Origin: Eledone cirrhosa
Lineage: Eukaryota
Assembly: GCA_964016885.1 (NCBI GenBank)
Contig: OZ024742.1
Location: forward strand, 83,142,001 to 83,206,000
Direction: 5' to 3'
Length of the DNA stretch: 64,000 nt
This document shows positions 42,457-55,782 of this stretch, in pieces (the stretch's first letter is position 1; each line of letters starts with the position of its first letter). The position numbers were made by a program, and so were the translations under genes. The notes under the pieces are model-generated. The model saw only the letters and a list, made by a program, of their open reading frames with translations. It did not search any database and had not been told where the DNA came from.

Positions 42457-42682
42457 ATCTCTGTGTATGTGTGTGTGTGCATGGGTGAATGTGTTTCTGT
42501 AAGCACATATTTATATTATGTTTGGTGGTCATTCAGCTCAGTTCCGAGTCTCTAATCTGTTTGCATTTTGTGTGCTCCTTGGGAACAGGAACCTTCGTAA
42601 TGGGCTTGGTGAGGATATTAACATTATTAATCGTCGGAAGACATGTATTAGTATAAATATGTTCACAAGATATATCAATAAT

Positions 42683-42867
42683 TGTTTCTACTTTTGGCAC
42701 AAGGCCAGCAATCATCCAGTGTATACTGGTACTTTATTTTATCGACCCCGTCAGGATGAAAGGCAAAGTTAACCTCGGCGGGATTTTAACTCGGAAATGG
42801 CAAGGGCCGTAACACTATGCATGGCGTCCGACCCTCTACCGATACTGCCAATCCACCGCCCTTTATC
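42683..42867 (-). mobile_element. tRNA-derived SINE with 19-bp TSD
   Basis: TSD CACAAGATATATCAATAAT at 42664-42682 and 42868-42886. Confidence 0.92.
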
Positions 42868-43072
42868 CACAAGATATATCAATAATGAACGCGTGCTTGC
42901 CTTTCTCTGCGAGAAATAGGGCCTCAGTCCAAGCGTCTGTAACTCCAGAAACGTGGGTAATACCTTTAAATTTTCAATAGTATGAAACACCCCAAATGTC
43001 CGGCAGAGTAATTAAGACTATTGTGATCATCTAGTGGAAAATATGATTTACGAATTAGTATTTTAAGGCTCG

Positions 43073-43400
43073 AGGCGGCGAATCGGCAGAATCATTAGAA
43101 TGTCGGATCGAATGTTTTGTGATATTCGTTTCGCATCTCTGCTCTCTGAGTTCAAATATGACCGGGGTCAACTTTGCTGTTCCTCCATTCAAAGTCGATA
43201 AAAAAAAGTATAAGTCAAGTACTGGGTTCGAGTCTTCCTCTATATCTCTTTCTCATTTCCCTTCTCTCATTATTCATCCTTCTTTAGAATAATTCTGCTC
43301 TAGTCAGACCTGGAGAGGAAATGGTCTCCGCAAGATTTAGAAATTGCGCTAGAAAGGCCGCATGTCGAAACGATGGCTCTCACTACCCCCACCCACCCCC
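43073..43400 (+). mobile_element. Older tRNA-SINE subfamily with extended 3' part (related copy at about 14835-15140)
   Basis: GGCAGAATCATTAG, GAGTTCAAAT, GTCAACTTTGC, AGTACTGGG and shared downstream sequence. Confidence 0.6.
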
Positions 43401-44335
43401 AGGAATTACCTGACCATGCGTGCGTGCATAGAATGTTACAAATACTAAATGAAAGGAAAGAAGGATAGCTTTATTTACGGTTTGTTGTCGCCGTCATAAT
43501 TCCCTGTCGCCGCCTGCGGCAGATTGCACACTAACTTAATTATTTTTATTTTGAGTGGCTTCAAATAATTCATATAAATTCATACGAGACCATTTATAGA
43601 CATTGTCTTACGAGCTCTTGGGTGGCCTACGTCCATATCTTTTATACAGAATCATACCCTCCATACATGGTTTAAAAAGACATTTTGTGAAATTCTTATG
43701 CGACCAAAGATCTTCATGGTTGCTTTTGATAATGCACATTATAGAACATTGTTTAGCAACTTCGAGTAACTCAACAATTTCTCTATGTGCGAGTAGTTTG
43801 TGATATATTATGATTATTGTAATATAGTTTTGAAATGTCTCGATTGATGAAGTCTAGTTCATACATTCAAGACCATAAAGGATGACAGGTAGGGCATACA
43901 CATAATAGATTTTATGTGGTCCTTTGGTTAAATATTAAGAACGGCATCAGATATACAATTGAACTTATAATGAACAGTAGATGGAATTTAGGAGTAGGGT
44001 TTTTCGATTTGAAAGTTTTAATTGATTCCAGGATAGGTAGTACAGGTAAACTTACATATATTGTTTGTTGGTGAAACTAAAGGAGTACACTAAACATTAT
44101 TTGAAAAAGAATCCTTAGAACTTAAATTCATCTATATATAGAACTCTTAGTTTTCAATTCCAAGTCATCAATAATTATTGCCTAAAGCGTTTGTATTTTT
44201 TAAAAAGTATTTATCATATATGTGTGTATAGGTATTGGTGTAGTGCGTACAGTAAGGTAAGATAATACATATATGTGTATATATGTTTATATATATGATG
44301 TGTAAATTACTCTTGCATACGCATACGTAATCCCG

Positions 44336-44368
<33 letters not shown>

Positions 44369-44405
44369 TTATGTGTGTGTATATATATATATATTTATAT
44401 GTGTG

Positions 44406-44488
<83 letters not shown>

Positions 44489-44841
44489 AATAAGACGGTT
44501 TCATTTGTACATCCCTATTTATTTTGTTATAAGTATTTCAAAGACGTATATTTATATATATATATGTGTGTGTGTGTGTGTTTGCATCTACAGTTACAGG
44601 GGTAATATGTCTATAAGAAGCAACCTGACAGTTATAATCATGCCTGTTCATATGTACCTGTGATTACGTCAGTATGTGTTTGTGTGTGCATGTGTATGAA
44701 TGCAAATCACTTAAATGACATCGTTCTATGAAACCTATTTGCTTATAGCAAATTTGCTAACTTGAATTAAATCACGTTATACCTACATATCCTCTATTTT
44801 AATACTAACAGTAAGAATATATTTTAATATTTAAATATATA

Positions 44842-45055
44842 CAGGGTGAGGCAAATGTCGCATACCATAAGGGTTGATTAATTAATCATGTTTTAAATGT
44901 TCATGTTTAATTATCATATGGTGGGGGTATATTTTCCTATATATTGTCTACTCTATGTAATTGCTCAATATAACATTTATTGTTGTCTTATCAAGTGTGT
45001 GTGTAATACTTTTAATAAATCCTTCCCTATGGTACGCGACTTTTGACTCGTCTTC
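44842..45055. mobile_element. Degenerate Tc1/mariner-type MITE
   Basis: 31-bp imperfect TIRs (CAGGGTGAGGCAAATGTCGCATACCATAAGG; about 23/31 match), TA on both sides. Confidence 0.65.
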
Positions 45056-45124
45056 TATATAAACATATAACCTGAAAAGGGATTAAGTGTTTCTTATACC
45101 TTATGAGTTCATATTCCTCGCAAT

Positions 45125-45293
45125 CGATGGAGCGTCAGACAACATGCTTTGCAGCATAGCGTTATTGCCCTTCACGTTCAGAGTTCAAATCCTGCCGAGG
45201 TTGACTTGCCTTTCATCCTTACGGGGTCGATAAAATAAAGTAAAAGTAATGTACTGGATAATAGCTTGCCTTGTGCCAGAAGTAGAAACAATT
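45125..45293 (+). mobile_element. tRNA-derived SINE (diverged)
   Basis: Same B-box, body and AGTAGAAACAATTAT end as the 29354 family. Confidence 0.8.
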
Positions 45294-46004
45294 ATATAAT
45301 TACTGATTTTAAAAAATGCAGTTATAGACATATTGTAAAATTCAGGCAATCTAAGTACATACATTTGTATTATTGTTAATCCCGTATTTGTGTCCTCGTC
45401 GCTATCTTCATCGTCCTCGACATACCATTCATCGTTAAATTCATACCATTCATCATGCAATAGTCAATATGGAAAATAACAATTGTCATAAAGATTCAAA
45501 TGAGATTTCCCTGTATCAGAACTCATTGCGGCTAAGGAAATCTAGGAATTATCTGATTACCGAGAGCAGTTGATCTTTTTCGTTTGAATTGTTTGAGCAA
45601 GACGCACATTCTGAGGAAAGGCCTATTCACTCACGCCATTCTCACTCCCCCCCCCCCCATGAAATTTGTAGCACATGAATGCTCCGGTTCCTCTCCGAGT
45701 GGAACTTGGGGAAGTTTCTGAACGCTAGGTCGAAGAAGAATGCGTCTCCTTACAGACCATTCCATTTTAACCTCATTTACTATACTACATCATCACTGCC
45801 ACAGGGAGAAATGTATCTGTTCGTTGAGGCTAAAGAAAGATAGTTAAGTAAGCCTCGTGTATATGCGTGATAGTCAAATTAGTCACTAACATACTTGTGT
45901 AAGCAATCAGAATATGTCATTTCATCGGTACGAGCAGAAGAAGCTGCTGGCACTGTAAATTAAGGATTTCAGAACGTTCTCCCCATTTCCTCTTCTTCTT
46001 CTTC

Positions 46005-46036
<32 letters not shown>

Positions 46037-46038
46037 GT

Positions 46039-49000
46039 TCTTTGAGTCTCAGTCATTGATGTTAGTTAACTGGAAAGTTGTTGAAATGAATATCAAGCCA
46101 CTACCTGCAGCCTCAGATATTCAGGACGTATCGGAGGGTTCTTGCTGTTCCCAGCAAGCATGCCTTTTGAAGTGTTCCAAAAAGCGGGACGGGGCCAATT
46201 TTCTTTAACCATCCCTGGAAACTCTTTGAGATAGTACCTAGTGCGCCTATGACAATCGGGACCACTTTGACTTCATGGCAGTTCCAAATCCTTTACCTCC
46301 CACTTTAAATCCTGGTATTGGTAAATTTTCTCCCTCTCCTTCTCTTGCACTCTTGTGTCGAATGGGCAGGCCACATCCACAATCAGACACGATCTTTTTT
46401 CCTTGTCCAAAACCACCAGTTCAGGTCTATTGTGTTCCAGTTTCTTGTCCGTCTGTATCCTAAAATTCCACACCACCTTCACCAAATCGTTTTCTATCAC
46501 CAACTCTGGTTTATGCTCATACCACTTCTCAGAATGTGGTAAATTGTTTACTTTGCATAGGTGCCAGTGGATCACGCTGCCCATCACATCATGTCTCCAG
46601 ACCTTATAGTGAGTCTGGGCTAGGTGTTTACACTCGGATACAATGTGAGCCACAGTCTCCATTCTCTCTCCACAGATCCTGCACAGTGGGCTAGCCTCCT
46701 CCTTCTAAATATGGTGTTTCAGCCACTTCGTTTTGAGGGCCTGCTCTTGCGCAGCCATTAGCATTCCTTCTGTAGCCTTTTTAAGGTCTCCTCTTTTCAA
46801 CCAGTTCCATGCCTGTGGATCTCTGAATTCAGTTTTCGCAAAGAAGGTACTATGAAGGGATTTTTCATGAAGGCTGCTCTTTCTCCTTGATGTTATTTCC
46901 TCCTTGTACATCCCCTGGTCTATTTCTGCTCCTTCAGTACAATTCTGAGCATTGGCTCCTTACTATCAGTCACGCATTTGTGATAGGATGTTTTTCTCCA
47001 TCTGAACACAGTCCTCTATGCTGATAAGACCTCTTCCACCTTCAGATCTCCTTAGGTAGAGTCTATCGACATTACTCCTCTTGTGGAACATGTTGTAGAT
47101 AGTCAATAGCTTCCTAGTCTTCCTATCCATTTCTTTTTGTTCAGCAACATTCCATCTCAGAACTCCCGCACTGTACCTAATAATAGACACAGCTCGAGAA
47201 TTTACTGCCCTTATGGCATTCCTACTGTTCAGATGTGACTTTAATACGCTCCTTACTCTCCGAATGTATTCAGATCTTATCAATTCCTTCATTTTTTTTG
47301 TTCTTGATGTCATCAGCTTCCAGAACACCCAAATACTTGTATCCTTCTTCAGTGTCAATTTCCTTTATCATCTCACCTGTTGGCACCTGGATTCCGTTGC
47401 TTCTGCTCAATTTACCCCTTTTCATCTCAAGGACTCCACACTTACTAATACCAAATTGAATACATATATCATTGCTGAAAATACGGACAGTGTCAACAAG
47501 CACATCCAACTCCCTCTCACTCTTCCCGAAGAGCTTAAGAACGTCCATGAAGAGGAGGTGATTGAATGGTAAGCTCTCCCTTTCCCAACTTGTATCCTGC
47601 TCTCACTTTTCGCAGTATAATAGTCAGGGGCATCAGGGCAAGGACAAACAACAGAGGGGACAGACTATCTCCCTGGAAGATACCTCTCTTGATCTTCACG
47701 CCTCCCAAGGATTCTCCAGCTGATGTTAACTCTGTTTTCCAGGACTTCATACTTTTGCTCAACAACTGTCTGATGTTATCTGCCACCTTGAAGATCTCCA
47801 GGCTTTTTGTGATCCAAGAATGAGGCACCATGTCAAATGCCTTTTTGTAGTCTATCCATCCCATGGCAAGACCAGTTAGTCTCCTCTTGCAATTCCTCAT
47901 TACCATCTTATCAATAAGTAACTGGTCCTTTGTACCACGGGACTTCTTTCGGCATCCTTTCTGTTCGTCCGGTAACAAGTTGTTTGTGTGGAGGTGATGG
48001 TAGATTTCCTCAGACACAATGCTTGTCAACAGTTTCCACATTACGGACAGACATGTGATAGGTCTATAGTTGGTAACATCATTACCCTTGATTCGGTCTT
48101 TCATTACCAGAACTGTGGTACCTTTTGTCAACCACTCTGGTACCTCACCTGACATCAAGCAGTCATTGAACATGGTTGTCAGTTTCGGGTGGTGGGATGT
48201 TATAGTTTTAATCCAATACCACTGAACACCATCTGGACCTAGAATTTCCAGTTGGTTAGTTTTTTGGCCTGCCCCTTAAGAGTTTCAACTGTGATACTCA
48301 AATCAGTTTGTTGGTGTGCCTGTTCACTAATCTCCTGTTGTACTGTCTCAATCCACAATGACTGTTCATTATGTTTAACATCCTGCTCCCATATTCCTCT
48401 CCAGAATGTCTTAGTTTGTTCCGCCTCAGGGTTCAAGTCGTTGCCTCTTTATTTCCCTTCAAACTGTCCAAATAACATCTGGTTGTTGTCAAACATGCGG
48501 TTATGTCTATACCGACTGACTCTGCTCTCGTATCGCCTAATTTTTGCACTCTTTGCTACAATGCGTTGATTCAGTTCCTCTATGATAATATTTAGCTTTT
48601 TCCTCCTAGTTTTGTACTCTATTTCCAGTCTATTTTTAGTGTCTATGTTATTTAGTGTCCCATTCAGTAGTGACTCAAGCTTTCCAATGTCATTTCTCAT
48701 TTCCCTGATTTGACCATTCAGTCGTTTCTTCCACCAAGGTTCTGATCTTTCTTGTTTGTTGTTTCCTCTCGCTTTTATGCCAAGTAATTTCCTCACCACA
48801 TTTGCTGTTGCTTTGAGGATATTATTGCACTGGTGAAGGCTCATCGCCTCAAGGTATGGGATGACTTTGTTTACCTTAGCTGTTGTTTCTTTTAACTTTT
48901 TCCTGTCTACAAATCTTAGGTTCATAGGTTTCCCACTATCATTGTTCATTTCATCTACCACTAGGTTTAGGATATCAACCAAATCTTGTCCTAGCCCGTC

Positions 49001-50030
49001 AGCATTCATTTCCTAAATGGCCTTATCTTTGTTCCAGGTATTATTTATTTCAGCATGGATTGGCAGTATGGATTGGCAGGGCGGTGGATTGGCAGTATCG
49101 GTGGAGGGTCGGACGCCATGCTTTCCAGCATAGTTACGTCCCTTTACGATCTGAGTTCAAATCCCGCCGAGCTTGACTTTGCCTTTCATCCTTACGGGGT
49201 CGATAAAATAAAGTACCAGTAATGCACTGGGTAATTGCTGGCCTTGTGCCTAAAGTAGAAACAATTATGAAGGGCAGTGGATTGGCAGTATCGGTAGAGG
49301 GTCGGACGCCATGCTTTCCAGTATAGTTACGTCCCTTTACGATCTGAGTTCAAATCCCGCCGAGGTTGACTTTGCCTTTCATCCTTATGGGGTCGATGAA
49401 ATAAAGTACCAGTAACGCACTGGGTAATTGCTGGCCTTGTGCCAATGGTAGAAACAATTATTTATTTCAGCATTCAGATCATTGTCTGCTTCGGATGGTT
49501 CCTCCGTTCTCTCAACCTCTTCACCTTCATTTCCCATTGGCTCATTTGCCTGGCATACTCCACTCTCCATTTCCAACCTAATCTCTCTGCTCAGTTCCTC
49601 CAGTTCCAGCTCGCTTATCCACCCATTAATTCTTATTACCCGAGCCTGCCCTGCCAATTTTTGTTCATCTAATTTAAATAGACCAATCTCGTTCCAGATG
49701 TTATGCATCCGTTTCCTATAGCCTTTTTCCTTGGGGTTACTCTTCAGGTAACATTGCATAACAGTTCTGTTCAATTCTTTCGTCCAGTTGGTTCTGGTCC
49801 CTTATCTTCTTCTTCTTCCTCCGACACCAGCAGTATTTGGTTGACAGCCAGGTCCCTGCTGCTGAGCCAGGGAGCACCTACTGGGTGAGAGTCTGTCACA
49901 TGACATTCCAGTCTCCATTTCACCGTTATTCGAACTGTTTAGGTTCGACATTTAAACACTCTTATCGAGGATTTGTGAATGTATGGTTACATAACCACCG
50001 GTGATTTGATCACCCCCGGTGATTTTAGCG
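46039..50030 (-). mobile_element. Near-full-length R4/Dong-type non-LTR retrotransposon (RT, CCHC, restriction-like endonuclease), frameshifted; 3' end at (TAA)n
   Basis: GYRKRMHNIW, YRPITCL, EQKGCRK, WIDYKKAFDMVPH, GIFQGDSLSP, FMD, CRICGERMETVAHIVSEC, RHD, RPE..DVACP..EREKIYQY; probable ATG at 49951. Confidence 0.93.
49057..49456 (+). mobile_element. Tandem SINE dimer inserted in the R4/Dong ORF
   Basis: Two full monomers; 17-bp TSD ATTATTTATTTCAGCAT at 49040-49056 and 49457-49473. Confidence 0.92.
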
Positions 50031-50593
50031 TGGCACTATCACGCTGTAGACGAACATAAATAAACAAACAAACAAATAGGTAAAAAAAAAAAAAATAAGT
50101 ATAAGTTTCATTGTAATGTAATGTTTGAATGTCTGAATTAGTTTTTTTGCTTGTCTGTCTGTTTGTTTTTCTTTTCTGTTTTCTTTTCTTTGCGTTTTTC
50201 GTTGCTGCTGTGCTGTTTTGATTTTGGTTTTTGATTTTTTGTTTTTTGACCGGGTCATCAAATCAGTCTATTTATATCTTTTGATGCCATCCTCATTTAG
50301 TGGGAATACTACGATGCCTGTCTTAGCAGGAGGTAGTGTTGGTGGTGAAATTATTTGCCTGTCTGTCCACTTAGCCATTTTTCTCTTTTTCTGATCCAAA
50401 ATTAAATATTAAATATTGGGACCCTATGCCGTAATGTGATGCGTTGTCGCTTGCTGAGAGTACAAAAAATGTAATCTTATATTTCATTTGTAATAAGAAT
50501 TATTCTATCACAGTTGTTTTAAATAAGTAAAAATCAAAAACTTACTGGAGCGATTCCATAACGATATATAACCACCATTTGCGTTTTCTTCCC

Positions 50594-50673
<80 letters not shown>

Positions 50674-53366
50674 GGCGACCTACGTAGTAAATCGTATCAT
50701 CGTGAGCTCCGCAAAGGTTTGTTATTTTCAGTTGTTTAAAATTGCCATTTATGGAAAATTTTATTGTATATAAGTGCACATACATTGATTTCTGAAAAGG
50801 ACACTCAAAAATATTGGAGCCTTGAGCCCAAAATTTAAACTTTTTATAATTATCAAACAAAAGTTTTTCTTTGAAAAATCATGGATGACTCAGAGTCACT
50901 CCTTCCTCACAACCTAACACCTCACACCGACACCACCATTGTAAATATTGCTACGTTTGCCAACACTGGAAATGTAAGCAATATTTTTAATTTATCTCAG
51001 GTAGACGTTCATTTCCCGCCATTACCAATGACTGCAGGTATTAAAGCCGCCACCCCCACCACCACCACAGCGACAACAGAAACAAAAGAAAAAAATAAAT
51101 TAACTCGTGATATCGAAATGAATTCAACCAAAATGAACTCTTCCACACCGAACACCACTGACGCCACCACCACCACAACTGAAACTAAAATTAACAATAA
51201 CAAAAATAACGATAACAACAACAGCAACAATGAAATTAAGAAAACTACCCTGAGTTTTGGCAGAGTAGCAAAAATGTGCGAAGCGATCCAGGTAACTCAG
51301 GAGGAATTAGAAGAAGCCAAAGGAATGGTAAAGAAAGATGGGTACAGGGTCAGTCTCACCCCACCCCCCACAAACACACACCTAATAAAATGGAGCATCG
51401 TCGCCTATGCACCGTGTCTTATCGGACAATTAACATAAAATCGCGCCGAGTGGAATGGGCATCCGAGTCGCAAATCCAAAAAGCTTTGGGATATGTTTTG
51501 GCAAAAAAAACCCACTTCAGACGTGGGCAGGAATATGGAACCGTGGTCGTGTTCTTTGAAACACCACAGGAGGCCAAAGAACACTCCATAGTCCCATTAA
51601 GAAGTGACGACTTCACACTCGTCCCAACCTATTGTGGTCAGAGACGTGTGAAGATCAGGGTGACTTACGCTCCACGGTCATCGAAATTTCCTGGCTAATG
51701 GTTGCCGTCCTCGCGGCATCGAGGCCAACACCAAGATAATTGAAATAGCGAAAGAAAATCAAGAGAACTGGTCCGGATCTGGGATGGAGCTCCTGATCCA
51801 AGCGGACCATAAAAGCATTGAGGAGATCCCAGAGGTAATAGACCTCACTGACGGCAGCCACCTCGCCGTAATCGTCGAGGGCAGAATGCCTAGGTGTGTC
51901 GTTTGTGGCGAAGGAACCCACCTAAGGGCTCTCTGCCCTTAGGCTAAAACGTTGAGGCCACCTCTCTTACCCACCCCAGTGACTCAACCATCAACACCAC
52001 CAGCAGCAGTAATGGCAGCAACAACTGTAGCAGCAACAACAGAAGCAACTGTAACAGCAACAACCCCAGCAACAGTAGCAAAACCAACACCACCACCACC
52101 CAACGCGTCAGAACTAGCACCAGCGCTTACACCATCCACCACGCCACAACCGAAACCAACGCCTGTGGAGGATTTTCCACTCCCCGGCTGACGCAAATGG
52201 AGACAGATTGTGACGACGAGGAGTGGGAAACGGTATCAGGAAAAAAGAAAAATGGAAACCAAAAAAGAAAATATTCTCTTCCTTCCCCCTCCAAAAACAA
52301 AATACAGAGGGGAAAAAATAAATTATCAAACAAAAGATTTAGGACAGATATGCCACCATCCACACCAGCATCACCAACCCCATCACCAGAAACACCAACA
52401 CAATCACCATCATTAATCCCAACACCACCATCACCAAACCACAAAAGTCACCAAAAAGCGTAACAAAAACAAACCCACAACAAACGCAAAAAAAACAACC
52501 AAAACGATACACACTACACAGCATTAAATTTGAACAACAACCAATTATTACACTACATGCAACACAATACCAGCATCACAGAAAAAGACTACACAACAAC
52601 CCAAAAGTTCACACCACCTCCACACATACAAATCACTCGCATCACACAGAAAACGTACACGACACTAAAACAAAAATTCCCCAAAGACATCCGAGACTTC
52701 CGACAAACACTCTCAAGGAGGATTTATAAGGACATCCTTCCGGAGGAGGCCACAAGCAGTGAAAAGGATGGACAAACCATCCTTCCTCTACGAGATGTAA
52801 GGTAAGTGGTCTTTCCAATCTTTTCCACTCCATTTCAACATGACCTCACTCAGAATAGACAGCATAAATGCACGTGGCTTGGGGTCGTCATGGAAGCAGG
52901 GCCACCTGCTCAACGACCTCAGGTCACTAAACATGGATGTAGTGCCCATCAGCGAGACCAGAATCTCCGAAGCACGGGCCTTCGCACCGATCTTCGGCGG
53001 CTACGATGTGTACGCATCTCCCAGCCGTCCTGGATCGTGGGGTGGAGTTTCTGTGCTTTTTCGGAGAGGTTTGGATCTCGCCATACGGGCTATCTTCCTG
53101 GACCCAGTAGGTAAGTTGGTGGTGCTGGACGTAACCAGCGGAGACGGGCAAGCTTTCAGGTTAGTGGCCGTCTATGCCCCGACAGGAGCAGGGCGGCCTG
53201 ATTTCTTCCGGCGTCTGGAGACCTTTCTAGGACGTCCCGCTCTTTAGTGTTAGTGGGCGACTGGAACGGGATCTTAGATGCACGCTGGGACTGTGTGGGA
53301 TTAGTGGATAGGGGAGGAGGGTGCAAGAGCCTCACCAACCTGCTCAGGCGTTTTGAACTGTCTCAC
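50674..53366 (+). mobile_element. 5' half of a Tx1/L1-clade LINE: 5' UTR, ORF1 (CCHC knuckle, frameshifted) and start of ORF2 AP endonuclease
   Basis: CVVCGEGTHLRALC; MTSLRIDSINARGL..ISETR..GGVSVL..VAVYAP..LVGDWN; collinear with 61304-58600 (minus). Confidence 0.92.
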
Positions 53367-55750
53367 ACGATCCCTGAGGCGGGAAAGACTAAGAGATTCT
53401 GGAGAGGAATATGGGCGCAGGATGTTGAACATAATGATCAGGCAGTGTGGATTGAGACAGTACAAAAGGAGATTAGTGATCAAGCACACCTACAAACTGA
53501 TTTGAGTATCACATTTGAAACTATTAAAGGGCATGCAAAATAACTAACCAACTGGAAATGATCAGGCCCTAATGGTGTGCAGGGGTATTGGATTAAAAAT
53601 ATAACATCCCTCCACCCGAAACTGACAATCATGTTCAATGACTGCTTGATGTCGGGTGAGGTACCAGAGTGGTTGACAAATGGTACCACAGTTCTGGTAA
53701 TGAAAGACTGAATCAAGAGTAATGATGTTAGCAACTATGGGTAATGTCGGTAATGTGGAAACTGTTCACAAGAATTGTGTCTGAGGAAATCTACCATCAC
53801 CTCCACATAAACAACTTGCTACTGGACGAACAGAAAGGATGCCGAAATAAGTCCCGTGGTACAAAAGACCAGTTACTTATTCATAAGATGGTAATGAGGA
53901 ATTGCAAGAGGATACTAACTGGTCTTGCCATAGGATGGATAGATTACAAAAAGGCATTCGACATGGTACCTCATTTTTGGATAACCAAAAGCCTAGAGAT
54001 CTTCAAGGTGGCAGGCAACATCAGACAGTTGTTGAGCAAAAGTATGAAGTCCTGGAAAACAGAGTTGACATCGGGTGGAGAAGCCCTGGGAGACATGATG
54101 ATCAAGAGAGATGTCTTCCAGGGAGATAATTTGTCCCCTCTGCTGTTTGTCCTTGCCCTGATACCCCTGACCATTATATTGCGAAAATGAGAGCAGGATA
54201 CAAGTTGGGAAAAGGAAAGTTTACCATCAACCACCTTTTCTTCATGGACGATCTTAAGCTCTTTGGGAAGAGTGAGAGGGAGTTGGATGTGCTTGTTGAC
54301 ACTGTCCGTATTTTAAGCAATAATATATGTATGCAATTTGGTGTTAATAAGTGTGGAGTCCTTGTGATCAAGAGGGGTAAATTGAGCAGAAGCAACGGAA
54401 TCCAGGTACCAACAGGTGAGATGATAAAGGAAATTGACACTGAATAAGGATACAAATATTTAGGTGTTCTGGAAGCAGATGACACCAAGAACAAGAAAAA
54501 TGAAGGAATTGATAAGATCTGAGTACATTAGGAGAGTAATGTGGCTATTAAAATCACATTAGTAGGCATGTCATAAGTGCAGTGAATTCCCGAGCTGTGT
54601 CTATTATTAGGTACAGTGCGGAAATTCTGAAACGGAATGTTGCTGAACAAAAAGAAATGGATAGGAAGACTAGGAAGCTTTTAACAAACTTCAACATGTT
54701 CCACAAGAGGAGTGATGTCGATAGACTCTAATTAAAGAGATCTGAAGGTGCAAGAGGTCTTATCAGCATAGAGGACTGTGTTCAGATGGAGAAAAACAAC
54801 CTACACAAATACGTGACTGACAGTAAGGAGCCATTGCTCAAAATTGTACTGAAGGAGAAGACAATTGACCGGGGGATGTCAAATGAGGAAATAGCAACAA
54901 GGAGGAAGAGCAACCTTCATGAAAAATCCCTTCATATTACCTTCTTTAAGAAAACTGAATTTAGAGATCCACAGACATGGAACTGGTTAAAAAGAGGAGA
55001 CCTTAAAAAGGCTACAGAAGGAATTCTAATGGCTGCACAAGAGCAGTCCCTCAGAACGAAGAGGGTGAAACACCATATTTACAAGGAGGAGGCTAGCCCA
55101 CTGTGCAGGATCTGTGGAGAGAGAATGGAGACTGTGGCTCACATTGTATCCGAGTGTAAACACCTAGCCCAGACTCACTATAAAGGCTGGAGACATGATG
55201 TGATGGGCAGGGTGATCCACTGGCACCTATGCAAAGTAAACAATTTACCACATTCTGAGAAGTGGTATGAGCATAAGCCAGAGTCGGTGATAGTAAACGA
55301 TCATGTTGAGGTGCTGTCGGATTTTAGGATATAGACGGACAAGAAATTAGCACACAATAGACCTGACCTGGTGGTTTTGGACAAGGAAAAAGATTGCGCC
55401 TGATTATAGATATAGCCTGCCCATTTGACACGAGAGTGCAAGAAAAAGAGAGGGAGAAAATTAACCGATACCAGGACTTAGAGTGGGAGGTAAAAAGGAT
55501 GTGGAACTGCCATGAAGTGAAAGTGATCCCGATTGTCATAGGCGCACTAGGGACTATCTCAAAAAGTTTCCAGGGATGGTTAAAGAAAATTGGCCCCTTC
55601 ATGCTCTTTGGAACGCTTCAAAAGGCATGCTTGCTGGGAACAGCAAGAACCCTCCGATACGTCCTGAATATCTGAGGCTGCAGGTAGTGGCTTGATATTC
55701 ATTTCAACAAACTTTCCAGTTAACTAACATTAATGACTGAGACTCAAAGA
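53367..55750 (+). mobile_element. 3' part of an R4/Dong-type element (same family as 46039-50030), multiple stops
   Basis: WIDYKKAFDMVPH, FQGDNLSP, FFMDDLK, CRICGERMETVAHIVSEC, DIACP..EREKINRY; 3' UTR then (TAA)n. Confidence 0.93.
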
Positions 55751-55782
55751 GTAATAACAACAACAATAATAATAATAATAAT

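Noticed and set aside
43300-43385. CTGGAGA...GTCGAAACG as a hammerhead in a SINE tail
   Set aside because: Core and stems too degenerate, and the related copy at about 15040 does not support it
45185-45460. Acidic ORF MHDEWYEFNDEWYVEDDEDS as a host exon
   Set aside because: No clean in-frame acceptor; the ORF runs into a SINE
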